A stretch of 64,000 bases of DNA from Mobula hypostoma (GCF_963921235.1 NC_086109.1:6078001-6142000); one strand, 5' to 3'. Positions 1 to 13,612 are shown, counted from the stretch's first letter. Made by a program: numbers and translations. Notes: generated from the letters alone by a model not told the origin.

Positions 1-1221
1 ATAGGGGAGAACCAGTGGATGTGGTATATTTGGATTTTCAAAAGGCTTTTGACAAGGTCCCACACAGGAGATTAGTGTGCAAACTTAAAGCACACGGTAT
101 TGGGGGTAAGGTATTGGTGTGGGTGGAGAATTGGTTAGCAGACAGGAAGCAAAGAGTGGGAATAAACGGGACCTTTTCAGAACGGCAGGCGGTGACTAGT
201 GGGGTACCGCAAGGCTCAGTGCTGGGACCCCAGTTGTTTACAATATATATTAATGACTTCGATGAGGGAATTAAATGCAGCATCTCCAAGTTTGCGGATG
301 ACACGAAGCTGGGTGGCAGTGTTAGCTGTGAGGAGGATGCTAAGAGGATGCAGGGTGACTTGGATAGGTTGGGTGAGTGGGCAAACTCATGGCAGATGCA
401 ATTTAATGTGGATAAATGTGAAGTTATCCACTTTGGTGGCAAAAATAGGAAAACAGATTATTATCTGAATGGTGGCCGATTAGGAAAAGGGGAGGTGCAA
501 CGAGACCTGGGTGTCATTATACGCCAGTCATTGAAAGTGGGCATGCAGGTACAGCAGGCGGTGAAAAAGGCGAATGGTATGCTGGCATTTATAGCGAAAG
601 GATTCGAGTACAGGAGCAGGGAGGTACTACTGCAGTTGTACAAGGTCTTGGTGAGACCACACCTGGAGTATTGTGTGCAGTTTTGGTTCCCTAATCTGAG
701 GAAAGACATCTTTGCCATAGAGGGAGTACAAAGAAGGTTCACTAGATTGATTCCTGGGATGGCAGGACTTTCATATGAAGAAAGACTGGATGAACTGGGC
801 TTGTACTCGTTGGAATTTAGAAGATTGAGGGGGGATCTGATTGAAACGTATAAGATCCTAAAGGGATTGGACAGGCTAGATGCAGGAAGATTGTTCCCGA
901 TGTTGGGGAAGTCCAGAACGAGGGGTCACAGTTTGAAGATAGAGGGGAAGCCTTTTAGGACCGAGATTAGGAAAAACTTCTTCACACAGAGAGTGGTGAA
1001 TCTGTGGAATTCTCTGCCACAGCAAACTGTTGAGGCCAGTTCATTGGCTATGTTTAAGAGGGAGTTAGATATGGCCCTTGTGGCTACAGGGGTCAGGGGG
1101 TATGGAGGGAAGGCTGGGGCGGGGTTCTGAGTTGGATGATCAGCCATGATCATAATAAATGGTGGTGCAGGCTCGAAGGGCCGAATGGCCTACTCCTGCA
1201 CCTATTTTCTATGTTTCTATG
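1..1221 (+). mobile_element. CR1 LINE 3' part (ORF2 reverse transcriptase C-terminus, 3' UTR and tail), in intron 1 of the MAPKAPK gene, antisense to it
   Basis: Uninterrupted ORF 15-1130 with YLDFQKAFDKV, GVPQGSVLGP, FADDTKL and CR1 C-terminal motifs (RPHLEYCVQFW, NFFTQRVVNLWNSLP); ends in TTCTATGT-type repeats; near-identical 3' end at 59806-60102. Confidence 0.96.
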
Positions 1222-2172
1222 CTCTGCTTGACCTTTCATTGACCCTGTTTACAGTTACTATTCTATAGATTTGCTGAGTATACCCGCAGGCAAATGAATC
1301 TCAGGGATGTATGTGCTGACATGCATGTACTCTAATAATAATTTTTGATTAAATTTGAACCTGAAGGTAGAAGAAATGTGTCATTATCATGGAGAACATT
1401 CTATAATGTGAAGGGAATGTTTCAGAACAGGGATCGCTGGAAATCCTCAGCTAGATTTGCTAGCCCACTGAGACCACAGAGTCAGTCAGAAATGACTCGG
1501 ACAAGTCAGACTGGTTCTCTGATAAAACTAACCACATTCAAACAGTAACACAACAGCTCATTCTTGAACTTTAATTTTGATACAGCCGATATACTATGCC
1601 TCCTACAAACAACAGGCAAGATATATGACATTAAAAAAAGATTCACCAACACAGACCTGTCGAGTAATAAGGTCACCGATCAGAACTGTGGCTTCAGCCC
1701 CACTATCGCCAATCCACAGTCACTGGACTGTCCTGTAATCGGGAAATCCACCTCTGAACTGTATTAATTAATGTCTCTGCATTCGTAATTTTTTTTGTGG
1801 GGGGGGGCACAGAGATCCGGCTTCCAAGAGAGAACCTCAGGAGTAAAATTGCTGAATCCACTTCCTCAATGCAGATAAACTCAATGCGCAGTGTCCTAGT
1901 GATGATCCCTGATTTAACAGTCCCCAGAGGAGGTACTAGACCAGTCCAAAAACCATCACGACCCAAACAGCACAAAGCTCCTTAGAGCAATCCTGCAAGA
2001 GTCCCCTGTAGTCTGAGCTGACCCTGTTTATTGCTTATTTATTTATATTTGTAATTGCACAGTTTGTTAACTTTTGCATTTTTTTTTGCTCATCTCTATC
2101 GTGTTTAGCTTTTCACTGTATTTCTTTGAAATTACTGTGAGTGCCCACACGATTATGAATCTTAAGGTAGTG

Positions 2173-2998
2173 CAGTGGATTCCAGTGAATTGGGCAATCG
2201 GTTAATCGGATAAGCTGCTTATTTAGGACAACACTTAAAGAACAAAAACTAATCAGGAAAGTAGCTGAAATTCCATTTGCTTATTTGAGACACTATGCTG
2301 CTTAATTGGGACTGGAGACTGTTGCCAAACAGTTTCTAACAGGCATCAGTCACGTGCACTTGTGCAGCATTAGATACTACACCATCCTTACAGCGAACAG
2401 CTTTTAAATAGCATCAGTTGTATATATTTATGCTCAAAAAGCAGTGATTTTTGTCACCGATAGTTGGCAAGAAATAAGCAACAAGACAACTCAGAACTGT
2501 TTTGCTCCCTGCAGTTTCAAGCACTTAGGCTAGAAGATGCCAGAAACAGCAGCACATGAAAACAAAACAATTTCATGAACTCAGGTTAGGAAGTATGATG
2601 AATTTGAAGGTATCAATAATTACCTTGAATGTTACAATGAAAATGAAGATTTGGAAGATGCATTGTATGAAGGCAGTCCATTATCTGCACCAGGTGTCTG
2701 AGCTAATTCTGTTCATTTACAGTCAAAAGAACATACCAGCATACACTGGGCGAATTCCTCCTTTGATAACTATTAGGAATTAATGCACAGTTTTATAGTA
2801 CTGTAGTAGTATTGGTAGTGTTCTAATTTGTTCTATATTTCATTTAAATATGGAATTTGTTCCTTAGTTAAACAGCAAGCTGTCCTTTTTTAAATACCTT
2901 TTAAACTATTTCTATGAAACTTGAGCTAATTGGGGCAGCCGCTTAATTGGGTCAAAATGTATTGGTCCTGTTGTGTCCTAATTAACTGGAATTAACTG
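2173..2998. mobile_element. Non-autonomous DNA transposon (Tigger/pogo-like MITE)
   Basis: Imperfect terminal inverted repeats CAGTGGATTCCAGTGAATTGGG / CCTAATTAACTGGAATTAACTG; no transposase ORF. Confidence 0.6.
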
Positions 2999-3241
2999 GT
3001 AACATATATATACTCTGACAATAAATTTACTTTGACCTTTGAACACATGCCGGGCTCCCAGGATAATCAAAGGAAGTTACTGATCTGATTTCCCAGAGAC
3101 TCAATCATGGGAAGCTCAAGTCAAACAGTACAAACGTATCAAGTGTGATTACATGCAGAGACATGAGACAAATTTAAAACCAGGGAATAGAATTTGATCA
3201 CTGCAATCTCCTAGAGAACTGACATTCTCCAACACACATAT

Positions 3242-3776
3242 ACACTTGGGTACACCTGCTCGTTAATGCAAATGCCTAATTAGCCAATCATGTGGCAGCA
3301 ACTCAAGGCATAAAAGCATGCAGACATGGTCAAGAGGTTCAGTTATTGTTCAGACCAAACATCAGAATGGGGGAAGAAATGTGATCCAAGTGACTTTGAC
3401 CGTGGAATGATTGTTGGTGCCAGACGGGATGGTTTGAGTATCTCAGAAACTGCTGATCTTCTGGGATTTTTGTACACAGCAATCTCTAGTGTTTACAAAG
3501 AATGGCGCAAAAGACAGTAACTATCCAATGAGCAGCAGTCTGTGGGCGAAAATGCCTTGCTAATGGGAGAGGTCAGGGGAGAATGGCCAGACTGCTTCCA
3601 GGTGACAGTAACTCAAATAACCACACATTACAACAGTGGTGTGTAGAAGAGCATCTTTGAACACTCAACACGTCGAGCCTTGAATTAGATGGGCTACAGC
3701 ACCTGAAGACCACATACACTCAGTAGCCACTTTACTAAATTCAGGAAGCATCTGATAAAGTGGCCACTGATTGTAT
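3242..3776 (+). mobile_element. Tc1-like non-autonomous element with transposase HTH remnant
   Basis: Translation GKKCDPSDFDRGMIVGARRDGLSISETADLLGF; terminal CACTCAGTAGCCACTTTA..TAAAGTGGCCACTGATTG inverted pair ending in TA. Confidence 0.8.
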
Positions 3777-4449
3777 AAAGAATGTTTTTTTTTCAATTAC
3801 ATTTGTAAATAGTTTCAAGTAAACTGGTCCATTGTACACGATTGCACACCGACTTTGTTCTGCAGCCCGTCGGTTAGTTAAAGTAAACACACACACCTGT
3901 CACCGAAACTTGGTACACCAGGTAAGCTCGTATGACGATCAACAACAAAAGGATGGCTCGTCCCCGACCTCAAGTCACAACCCTTGACACCAACTGCAAC
4001 TCTCGATGGGACATCACGGCGGGGGCGAGCCCAGCCGCGTTGCCCGCAAGTCATTCTTTCCCTAGGAACTGAGGGGGTGCGGGGGGATGCTGATTTCCGG
4101 GGCACCGGAGTACAACAAACCTGAACAAACATGCAGATATGTGGGAGACGATTCACCTTCCGGTGTCCCGTGTCTTGGGCCCACGGTGGGAGAGGGTGAT
4201 GAGGGTCATTTCACCCCTCGGTTACTACAAGGTGATAAATTAAATTGTTCTCTCCCTGCACAATGGGGTGGGAAGGAGATAAACGTTTCATCCCTTCGTT
4301 TTCTGGATACTTCAACCTGATAAAATTAAACAGATCTCTGCCAACACAATGCGATGCTATACCAAGTAATTAAACAGAGGCACTGCGTTTAAACGAACGC
4401 AATCAACTGTTCACGTCTTGACTATTCAAATCAGTTACTTTAAGATTCA

Positions 4450-4854
<405 letters not shown>

Positions 4855-4953
4855 CTACCACGGCCTTTTTTTTTGTTCCAGTCAGAGTGTCGGTAAAGGT
4901 CCCATTTGGTCAGTTTCACAGCACTTCTCTTCCACGGGAGTTTCAGTGGAAAT

Positions 4954-4969
4954 TGACGTGCTGACGTCA
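4954..4969. promoter_or_regulatory. Tandem CRE/ATF sites in the MAPKAPK promoter
   Basis: TGACGTG (4954-4960) immediately followed by the perfect palindrome TGACGTCA (4962-4969), ~250 bp upstream of the ATG. Confidence 0.7.
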
Positions 4970-5124
4970 AAGCCTCACTGCCAAACCGGAGTCTTCGCTT
5001 AAAGGGCGAAGGGACGCTTAAAGGCGAGGTCGCGGGCACGATTTTTTGTCGTAAAGAACGCTGATTTTCATTGTAATACACACAGACCCCACACATACAC
5101 ACACTACACAGACCTCACACACAC

Positions 5125-5646
5125 TGAATGAGGACTCCGTTAGGCGGGGTCGGCCAGCGATGATGTCTAGATCTGCGAGCCAGGGCAGTACAATATGGGG
5201 AGCGAGCTGTTGCCCATGCAGTCCGAAGGGACGGCGGAGACCGACCCTAGTTTTGCACAACGTTGCCATCAACGTTGAGTTCAATGGAGAACCGTCCCAG
5301 GGACTCCAGCTCCGGATTTTTCCCTCGGGGTTTACTCCCGAAGCCTTCCCCAAGGCAGCAGAGCGTTCGGATCAGTTTTCCTTCTCCCAGATGAGCTGCC
5401 AACCGCGGCTGACCGGCCCCATCTGCCCGAAGCGACCGGTGTTAGGGCGCCAGTCGCCCGCCTTTTCCCCGTCTCCTGTCAGTAGAAACGGTTCCAGCAG
5501 GCTTGGTAGCTAAAGCACATGTGAAGGCCAGGAGCTGGACTTGGTTGTCAGAGGCTATGAAGACGCACACCATTGGGAGAATTTAATAGGTGCTGAGAGC
5601 TTACCCCATTACCACCCCACCCCCGGCTAGAACAATCGTAAGGAAC
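5125..5646 (+). mobile_element. Non-coding interspersed repeat (probably RTE-associated non-autonomous element)
   Basis: Alignable to 17398-17718 (+) and 32085-32830 (-); inserted into a CA-rich tract. Confidence 0.7.
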
Positions 5647-5846
5647 TACGCGTACACACACAATGTACAGATACAGACCCCACACATTCACACTTCACAC
5701 ACACACAATACACATACACAGACCCCACGCATACATACACACAAAGAGAGAAGAAACACAAGCCACTGACTCAACATACAAATACACACAGACACAGACA
5801 GACACGCAATGCTGAAAGAATTCATTAAGTTTGGCGGTATCTATTT

Positions 5847-6105
5847 CCATAAGACCATAAGATATAAGGCTAGATTAGGCTATTTGCTCCATCGTGTCTG
5901 CACCGCCATTTCATTGTGGCTGATCCATTTGCCCCCTCAGCCCCTATATCCTACCTTCTCCCAGTGTCCCCTCAAACCCTGACTAATCAAGCTCTGCCTT
6001 AAATAATACCCAATGACTTGGCCTCCACAGCCGCCTGCGGCAACGAATTCCACAGATTCACCACTCTCAGGCTAAAGAAATTCATCACCTCCGTTCTCAA
6101 AAGAT
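5847..6105 (-). mobile_element. CR1 3' end fragment
   Basis: CATAAGA tail repeats and GAATTCCACAGATTCACCACTCT (antisense of RVVNLWNS). Confidence 0.85.
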
Positions 6106-6759
6106 CGGCTTTTTATTTCACCCCACAGATGCTGCCTGACCCGTTGAATACCCCGGCGCTTTCTGCGTGCTGCTCCAGATTACCAGCATCCACAGTCTCG
6201 TTGGTATCTCACATTATCATCGAGTTTTTCAAGAGAAGGGCGAAGCTGCAGGCTGGGTTGGGTGGCCGGGGTACGGGAGAGTTAAATCAGCAAGGTTTAC
6301 GGGCTCTGGGTCCAGTCTACCGAAGAGCTAGGAAGCCGAAGCTGTGGGTTCCCACATGTCCCGGGAGTCCCTCACCAAGCTGATGGGGGATAGGAAGCCT
6401 ACGGTCAGCCTCCGTAGTCAGCAACCGCTCTGGCTGGACCATGCCAGGACTGCAGCTTTTCAGAAGTTTACACAAACTTCGCTCTGAGTGTTTGGAACCA
6501 GACACCATTCACTGCCCAACGCACCACCATTCGGTCATTACGTTTGGCGTTGCAGTCACGGAGACCACGCTGAAGGGTTGGAACAAAGAATGAGAAGGTG
6601 TCATTGAGTGCCTAAAGATAAAGAAAACCTCACCGGAAGTCTGAAACACGCTAACCAAGTCTCCTCCGCATTCCTGTCCCTGCAGACGCTGCCTGACCAG
6701 CTGAGTGTTTCACTGTTTTCTGCTGTCAGCTTTCACCAAAAACCTTTTGCCTTTAATCA

Positions 6760-7240
6760 TTCTTCTTCTTCTTTGTTTCCCTTTCTCCTTCTCTCTCCCT
6801 CTCTCTCCCTCTCTCTCCAACTCTCTCTCTCTATCGCCCTTTCTCTCCCTCCTCCCTCTCCCTCTCAGTCTCTCTCCTTCCCTTCCTCCCTCTGCCTCTC
6901 CCTCCCCATCCCTCTCTCTATTCCCCATCCATTCCCCTCTCTCCATGGTCTCCCTCCATCCTTCCCCCTCCCTCCCCTACTCCCTCTGCTTCTCCCCCTG
7001 TCTCTCCGCATTTTTCCCTCACTCCCCTCCCTCCTCCTCCTTCCCTCTCCCACCCTCCATCCACCTCCCTTTCCTCCCTCTCTCTGCCTCCCCCTCTCCC
7101 CCCTCTCTGCATCTCTCGTCATCTCTCCCCCTCTTCCCCCCTTTCTCCCTCTTTGCCCCTCTCCTCCCCTCTCTCCTATCCCTTTCCTGGTCCCTCCATT
7201 TCACTTTTTCTCTCTCTCACTCTCTCATTCCCTTTCCTTG
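6760..7240. repeat. ~480-bp polypyrimidine/polypurine low-complexity tract
   Basis: Almost exclusively C/T on the + strand. Confidence 0.95.
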
Positions 7241-8009
7241 AGTGAGGAGGTTTCTCTTCTTTATTCAGAACACCAGCCCCCATTCCTGGGACTGTGCTCC
7301 CCCAGTTGTACCCTGTCAGCGCACCACTACCCTGCCGCAATCCCTACCCCTACCTGACTGAGCGTACAGAATCATCAGTCCCTCTAAATCTGACCACAGT
7401 GCCGGGTTTTATCCCTGGTGGATTCTGTTCGGGTCGTACCCCAGGGGCCGGAATCCATACTGCATCCTGTGATGGGGTGACAGTCTTGTTTCTTGCCCCT
7501 TTCTAGTTGGGGCCACAAACCCGGAATGAGGGGATGTCCTGTTCCACTGACTCGGAATGTGAGGCTGTGTCCCGGGGAGCTGCAATGCTCACTCGGAGAG
7601 GGAGACGTTTGAAGGAGCCTCACATCCTGAGCAGGAAATTGACTGAGTCAGACATGGTTCCAATCACTGAGCCACTGAGCTCCTCCGGCTGTGTGTGGTA
7701 ATCTGCTCCATATTCCAGCGACCCCCACCCCTTAATCATCAGACTCAAGAATCAGAGAGGATAACTTCACTCACCCAACACTGAACTGATTCCACAACCT
7801 AGGGGCCCACTCTTCAGGACTCTACAACTCATGTTCTCAATATTTATTGCTTATTTATTTATCTTTTTTTTCTCTATTTTCTCAATTTGTTCTCTTTAAC
7901 ACATTAGTTGTCTGTCTTTGTGCGCTATTTCTAATTGATTCTAACACCATAAGACATAGGAGCAGATTTAGGAAATTCAGCCCATCAATTCATCATGGCT
8001 GATCCATTC

Positions 8010-8692
8010 AGATACGCAGGAGGAGAAGGTGGCGGCGCGATGCAGCGCGCGCGGCCTCTCCGGTGAAATGATATTGTATTTGTTAAATAGGGGCCGTGCA
8101 CAATCCTGATTTGATGGAGACGGACATGAGAAGCACAGAGGAACATCTGGAGAAACTTCTAAAATGCCCGCTTCGCTGCCGCTGCTACTGTGCGATCGAG
8201 AATCTCCGGAGGGGAAGGCCCCAAATCCTCAGCTTTGCCTGTTGCTGGCGGCCAGAGCTGGAGTCAAAGCGCTCGGCAGAGATGGTGCTCGGTTCTCGGT
8301 GTCGGAGGGCTGGTTGGAGGCTCGAAGTTTTCGGACGGACCGAGAGTCGGACTGTGGTCGGGTGCTTCCAGGGTGCTGCATCGGAAAGTTTGCGGCGCTG
8401 GAAGCTCATGGCAGGGAGAGTTTCTCCCTTCTACCGTCTGCGTGAGATGTTGGGACTTTCGAGAGACTTTGAGACTTTTTTTTACCGCGCCCATGGTCTG
8501 TTCTTTATCAAATTACAGTATTGCTTTGCACTGTTATAACTATGTGTTATAATTATGTGGTTTTTGTCAGTTTTTCAGTCTTGGTTTATCTTGTGTTTCT
8601 GTGCTATCACACCGGAGGAACATTGTATCATTTCTTAATGCATGCATTACTAAATGACAATAAAAGAGGACTGCATGTCCTCATAATCTAAT
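8010..8692 (+). mobile_element. ~680-bp non-autonomous retroelement (copy 1)
   Basis: GC-rich head GGAGAAGGTGGCGGCGCGATGCAGC, AATAAA and TAATC tail; homologous to 47362-48030 and 57896-58560; interrupts a CR1 3' UTR. Confidence 0.8.
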
Positions 8693-10344
8693 TTCCCTCT
8701 CAACCCAATTCTTCTTCCTTATCCTGATAACCTTTCATGCCCTGACTAATCAAGGACCTGCCTCCACCTTAAATGCACCCAGTGACCTGTCCTCCACTGC
8801 CCCCTGAGGCAATGAATTCCACAGATTCACCACCCTCTGACTCAAGAAATTCCTCCTCATCTCTGTTCTAAACAGACATCCCTCGATTTTGAGGCTGTGC
8901 CCTCTGGTCCTGGACTCCCCCAGCAAAGGAATCATCCTCGCCACATCCAAACTATCTAGGCCTTTCAACATTTGATAGGTTTCAATCAGATCCCCCCTCA
9001 TTCTTCTAAGTTCCAGTGAGTACAGGCCCAGAACCTTCAATCACTATGCATATGATAACCCTTTCATTCCCAGAATCATTCTCGTGAACAGTCTCCAATG
9101 TCATCACATCCCATCTTGAATAAGGAGCCCAAAACTGCTCAAAATACTTCAAGTGAGTCCCCACCAGTGCTTTATAAAGCCTCAACATTACAACCTTGCT
9201 TTTATATTCTAGTCCTCTCAAAATGAATGCATTTGCCATCCTCATCACTGACTCAATCTGCAAGTTAACTTTTAGGGATTCCGGCATGAGGACTCCCAAA
9301 TCCCTTTGCACCTCCAATTTTTGAATTTCCCCCCCATTTAGAAAATAGTCTATGCTTTTATTCTTTCTACCAAAGTGCATGACCATACACTTCCCAACAC
9401 TATATTCCATCTGCCACATATTTGCCCATTCTCCTAATTCGTCCAGGTTATTCTACAGCCTCTCTGCTTCCATAGCACTCTCTGACCTTCCACCAATCTC
9501 CAACTACCCACTAATTTTTTTTCTCTATTATATGCCCTCTCTTTTGCTTTTATGTTAACTTTGACTTCCCTAGTCAGCCACAGTTGCATCATCCTGCCTT
9601 TAGAATGCTTCCTCTTCATTGAAATGTGCCTATCGTGTGCCTTCCAAATTGTTCCCAGAAACTCCAGCCATCGTTGCTCTGCCGTCATGCCTGCTGGTGT
9701 CCCCTTCCAATCAAAGCTGACCAGCTTCTCTTTCAAGCTTCTGCAATTTCCTTTACTCCATTCTTGTACCAATACATCTGACTTCAGCTTCTCTCTCTCA
9801 AAGAGCAGAGTGAATTCTATCATATATGATCACTGTCTCCTAAGGGTTCCTTTACCTTAAGCTCCCGAATCATACCTGGTTCATTACACAACACCCAAAA
9901 AGAATTGTTGATCCCCTAGTGGGCTCAACCACAAGCAGTTCCAAAAAGTCACCTCTGGGGCATTCCACAGATTTTCTCTCTTGGGATCCAGCATCAATTT
10001 GATTTTCCCAATCCATCTGCATATTGAAGTCCCCCATGACTAACATAATATTGCCTTTTTGACCTGCATTTTCTATCTCCTGCCGTCATTTGTAGTTACA
10101 TCTTGGCTACTGTAAATAACTCCCAGCAGGGTCTTCTTACCCTTGCAGTTTCTTAACTCAACACACAAGGGTCCCAATCCTATGTCACCTCTTTCTAGAG
10201 ATTTGATTTCATTTTTACCAACAGAGCCACCCCTCCTCCTCTGCCTACCTGCCCGTACTCTTGATACACTGTGTACCCCTGGATGTTAAGTTCCCAACTA
10301 CAATCATCTTTCAGCCATAACTTTGCGATGCTCACAATGTCATA

Positions 10345-10850
10345 TAACATAAAACCATATAACAATTGCAGCACAGAAACAGGCCATCTCAGCCCTCCTA
10401 GTCCGTGCCAAACTCTTACTCTCACCTAGTCCCACTGACCTGCACTCAGCCCATAACCCTCCATTCCTTTCCTGTCCATATAGCTGTCCAATTTAACTTT
10501 AAATGACAACATCGAACCTGCCTCAACCACTTCTGCTGGAAGCTGGTTCCACACAGCTACCACTCTCTGAGTAAAGAAGTTCCCCCTCATGTTACCCCTA
10601 AACTTTTGCCCTTTCACTCTCAACTCATGTCCTCTTGTTTGAATCTTCCCCACTCTCAATGGAAAAAGCCTATCCACGTCAACTCTATCTATCCCCTTCA
10701 TAATTTTAAACACCTCTATCGAGTCCCCCCTCAACCTTCTACGCTCCAAAGAATAAAGACCCAACTTGTTCAACCCTTCTCTGTAACTTAAGAGATGAAA
10801 CACAGGCAACATTCTAGTAAATCTCCTCTGTACTCTCTCAATTTTGTTGA
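10345..10850 (-). mobile_element. Younger CR1 3' fragment inserted in the older CR1
   Basis: ORF 10426-10857 ERVQRRFTRMLP..NFFTQRVVAVWNQLP followed by 3' UTR and tail. Confidence 0.9.
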
Positions 10851-11125
10851 CTGCCAAACTCCAACTGTGTTACAAGATCATCTACCTTATTTTGTATACT
10901 GCGTGTATTCAAATATATCACCTTCAGTCATGTGTTTTCACTGTTTTACATTTTGTCCTCCTTTTATGTTGCAACTCATCCCACTGACAGCAATGATATT
11001 GGTCCCCCCTGGGTTCAGGTGTAGCCCGTCCCTTTAGAACAGGTCGTACCTTCCCCAGAAGAGATCCCAGTGAACCAGAAATCTGAAACCCTGCCCGCTG
11101 AACCAGTTCCTCAGCCATGTATTCA

Positions 11126-11535
11126 ACAAACTCATTCGTAAGGCCAGTGATGTTGTGGGGATGGAACTGGACTCTCTCACGGTGGTGTCTGAAAACAGGA
11201 TGCTGTCCAGGTTGCATGCCATCTTGGACAATGTCTCCCATCCACTACATAATGTACTGGTTGGGCACAGGAGTACATTCAGCCAGAGAATCATTCCACC
11301 GAGATGCAACACAGAGCGTCATAGGAAGTCATTCCTGCCTGTGGCCATCAAACTTTACAACTCCTCCCTTGGAGGGTCAGACACCCTGAGCCAATAGGCT
11401 GGTCCTGGACTTATTTCCTGGCATAATTTACATATTACTATTTAACTATTTATGGTTTTATTACTATTTATTATTTATGGTGCAACTGTAACGAAAACCA
11501 GTTTCCCCCGGGATGAATAAAGTATGACTATGACT
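11126..11535 (+). mobile_element. Rex1/Babar-type LINE 3' end
   Basis: NKLIRKASDVVG..HPLH..RKSFLPVAIKLYN; AATAAA and TATGAC tail; 9-bp target duplication ATGTATTCA (11117-11125, 11536-11544); second copy at 44782-45280. Confidence 0.88.
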
Positions 11536-12725
11536 ATGTATTCATCTGCCAAATCACCCTATTCTTACCCTCACTGACACATGGCACAGGCAGCAATCCA
11601 GAGATTACTACCCTGGAAGTCCCACTTTTCAGCGTTCTACCTGGCTCTCTAAATTTTCTCTTTAGGACCTCCTTTTCCAACCTGTGCCATTGGTGCCAAT
11701 ATGTACCAAGATGTCTGGCTGCCCACCCTCGCCCTATAGAGTGTCATGGACACGATCTGATACATCCTTGACCCTGGCACCTGGGAGGCAGCATGCCATC
11801 TGGGTCTCCCTATCATGTCCACAGATTCTCCCTATCTACTCCTCTAACGATAGAATCTCCTATCAGCACCGCAATCCTCCTCTACCCCCCCCCCTTTCCC
11901 TCTGAGCCTCAGCACCAGACTCAGTGACAGAGGCCTGGTCGCTGCGGCTCCCCCAGTAGGACCCCCTCCCCTCCCCGCAACAGTATCCAGAACATTGTAC
12001 TTGTTGTTGAGAGAAATGGCCACAAGGATACTCTGTGCCAGCTGCCTATGTCCCTTCCCTCTCATGACAGTTACCCGTTCACCTGCCTCCTATAACCGAG
12101 GGTTGACTATTTCCCTGGAGCTCCTATCTAGCATCTCCTCAGTTTCCCTTCTGAGCCAAGGGACATGGGGTTGCAGCTCCAATTCCTGAAGACATTCTCT
12201 CAGGAGCTGTAGCTCGGTGCACCTGGTGCAGATGTGTTTATCCGGGAGGCTGGAGATTCCCCGGAATTTCCACATCCCACACACAAAACAATGAGCCATT
12301 CTTAGTGCCCTAACTATACACTAACAGATGAAGGATGAGCCAAAAAAAAACCTTGCCAGATACTTACGTCATCCACACCTGTTATTGCCCAAGCCTGCTG
12401 AGCCAAAGGCAAAAGTCCCTGTTGAACTTTTTTGTATCTACCATGAATGCCCATGAGAAACTGAATCTCAGGGTAGTATATATTTTGAAAATAAATTTAT
12501 TTTGAACTTTGACAGCAGTATGTGGAGTCCTGGGGGCCACGTTCGCCACTCCCACCGTTCCCAGAGAGCATGTTTTATGAGGAGAGGCTGAGCAAGCTGG
12601 GGCTTTTCTCTTTGGAGCGAAGGAGGGTGAGAGGCGACCTGATGGAAGTGTCTAAGATGAGAAACGTAGACAGAGTGGACGGACAGCACCTTTTCCCAGG
12701 GTGGAAATGGCCAATACGAGAGGGC

Positions 12726-13612
12726 ATATTATCCGCAAATCTATCTGCAACTTCTGCCATCTCCGAAGGGACCCTACCACCAAACAGATCGTTACCCCCC
12801 CCCCACCTCCCACTCTCTGCTTTCCACAGGGATCACTTCTTAGTCCATTCGTCCCTGCCCACTAATCTCCCTCCTGGTACCTATCCCTGCAAGTGGCCAA
12901 AATTCTGCACCTGGCCATTCACCTCTATTCAGTGCCCCGAACAGTCCTTCCAGGTTTGGCAACATTTCTCCTGTGAATCTGCAGGGATTACTCTGCCTGT
13001 CGTATCCAGTGCTCCCGATGAGGCCCCCCTCTAACATTGATGAGACCAGTGGTAAACTGGGGGACTGCTCCGTCGAGCAGCTCCGCTCCATCCACCTAGG
13101 TGGAACTTCCTGATGGGCAACATTTCAATTCCCATTCCCATTCCCATTCCCATTCAATCCTCTTGTGCCACGATAAGGCCATCCTCGGGGTGGAGGAGTA
13201 ATGCCTTATACTCCATCTGGGTAGCCTCCAACCTGATGGCACAAACATTGATTTCTCCTTTTGGTTAAAAAAGTTTCCCTCCCCCTCCCCTCTTCTTCTA
13301 TTCTCCACTCTGGCTCCTTACCTCTTCTTACCTACCTATCACCTCCTCTCCTCCTTCCTTTCTCCTATGGCCCACTCTCCTCTTCTATCAGATTCTTTCC
13401 TCTCCAGTCCTTTCCCAAACACCTGGCTTCACCTATCACCTTTCAGCTTTCCTCCCTCCCCACCCCCCCCCCCCACCTTTTTCACCCTGGCTTCTTCACC
13501 CTTCCTTTCCAGTCATGACGAAGGGTCCCGGCCAGAAACATTGACTGTGCATTCATTTCCATCGATGCTGCCTGACCTGCTGAGTTCCTCCAGCATTTTG
13601 GGTGTGTTGCCT
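12726..13612 (+). mobile_element. Penelope-like element 3' fragment (GIY-YIG remnant, pyrimidine-rich UTR, degenerate hammerhead)
   Basis: Homologous to 30560-31129; LGSLQPDGTNIDFS motif; ATGACGAAGGGTCCCGGCCAGAAAC near 13515. Confidence 0.8.

Larger units (their letters stand above)
8693..12300 (-). mobile_element. Degenerate, internally deleted CR1 LINE including ORF1 and parts of ORF2, with two younger insertions
   Basis: ORF1 zinc finger (CFVCGMW..HICTRC, 12090-12299), SGNH-esterase-like part (WLRNW..GFRFLVHWDLFWGR), endonuclease pieces and RT C-terminus (8750-9419). Confidence 0.85.

Noticed and set aside
6608..7357. 249-aa Pro/Leu/Ser-rich ORF and antisense Gly/Glu/Arg ORFs
   Set aside because: Artefact of a stop-poor polypyrimidine tract
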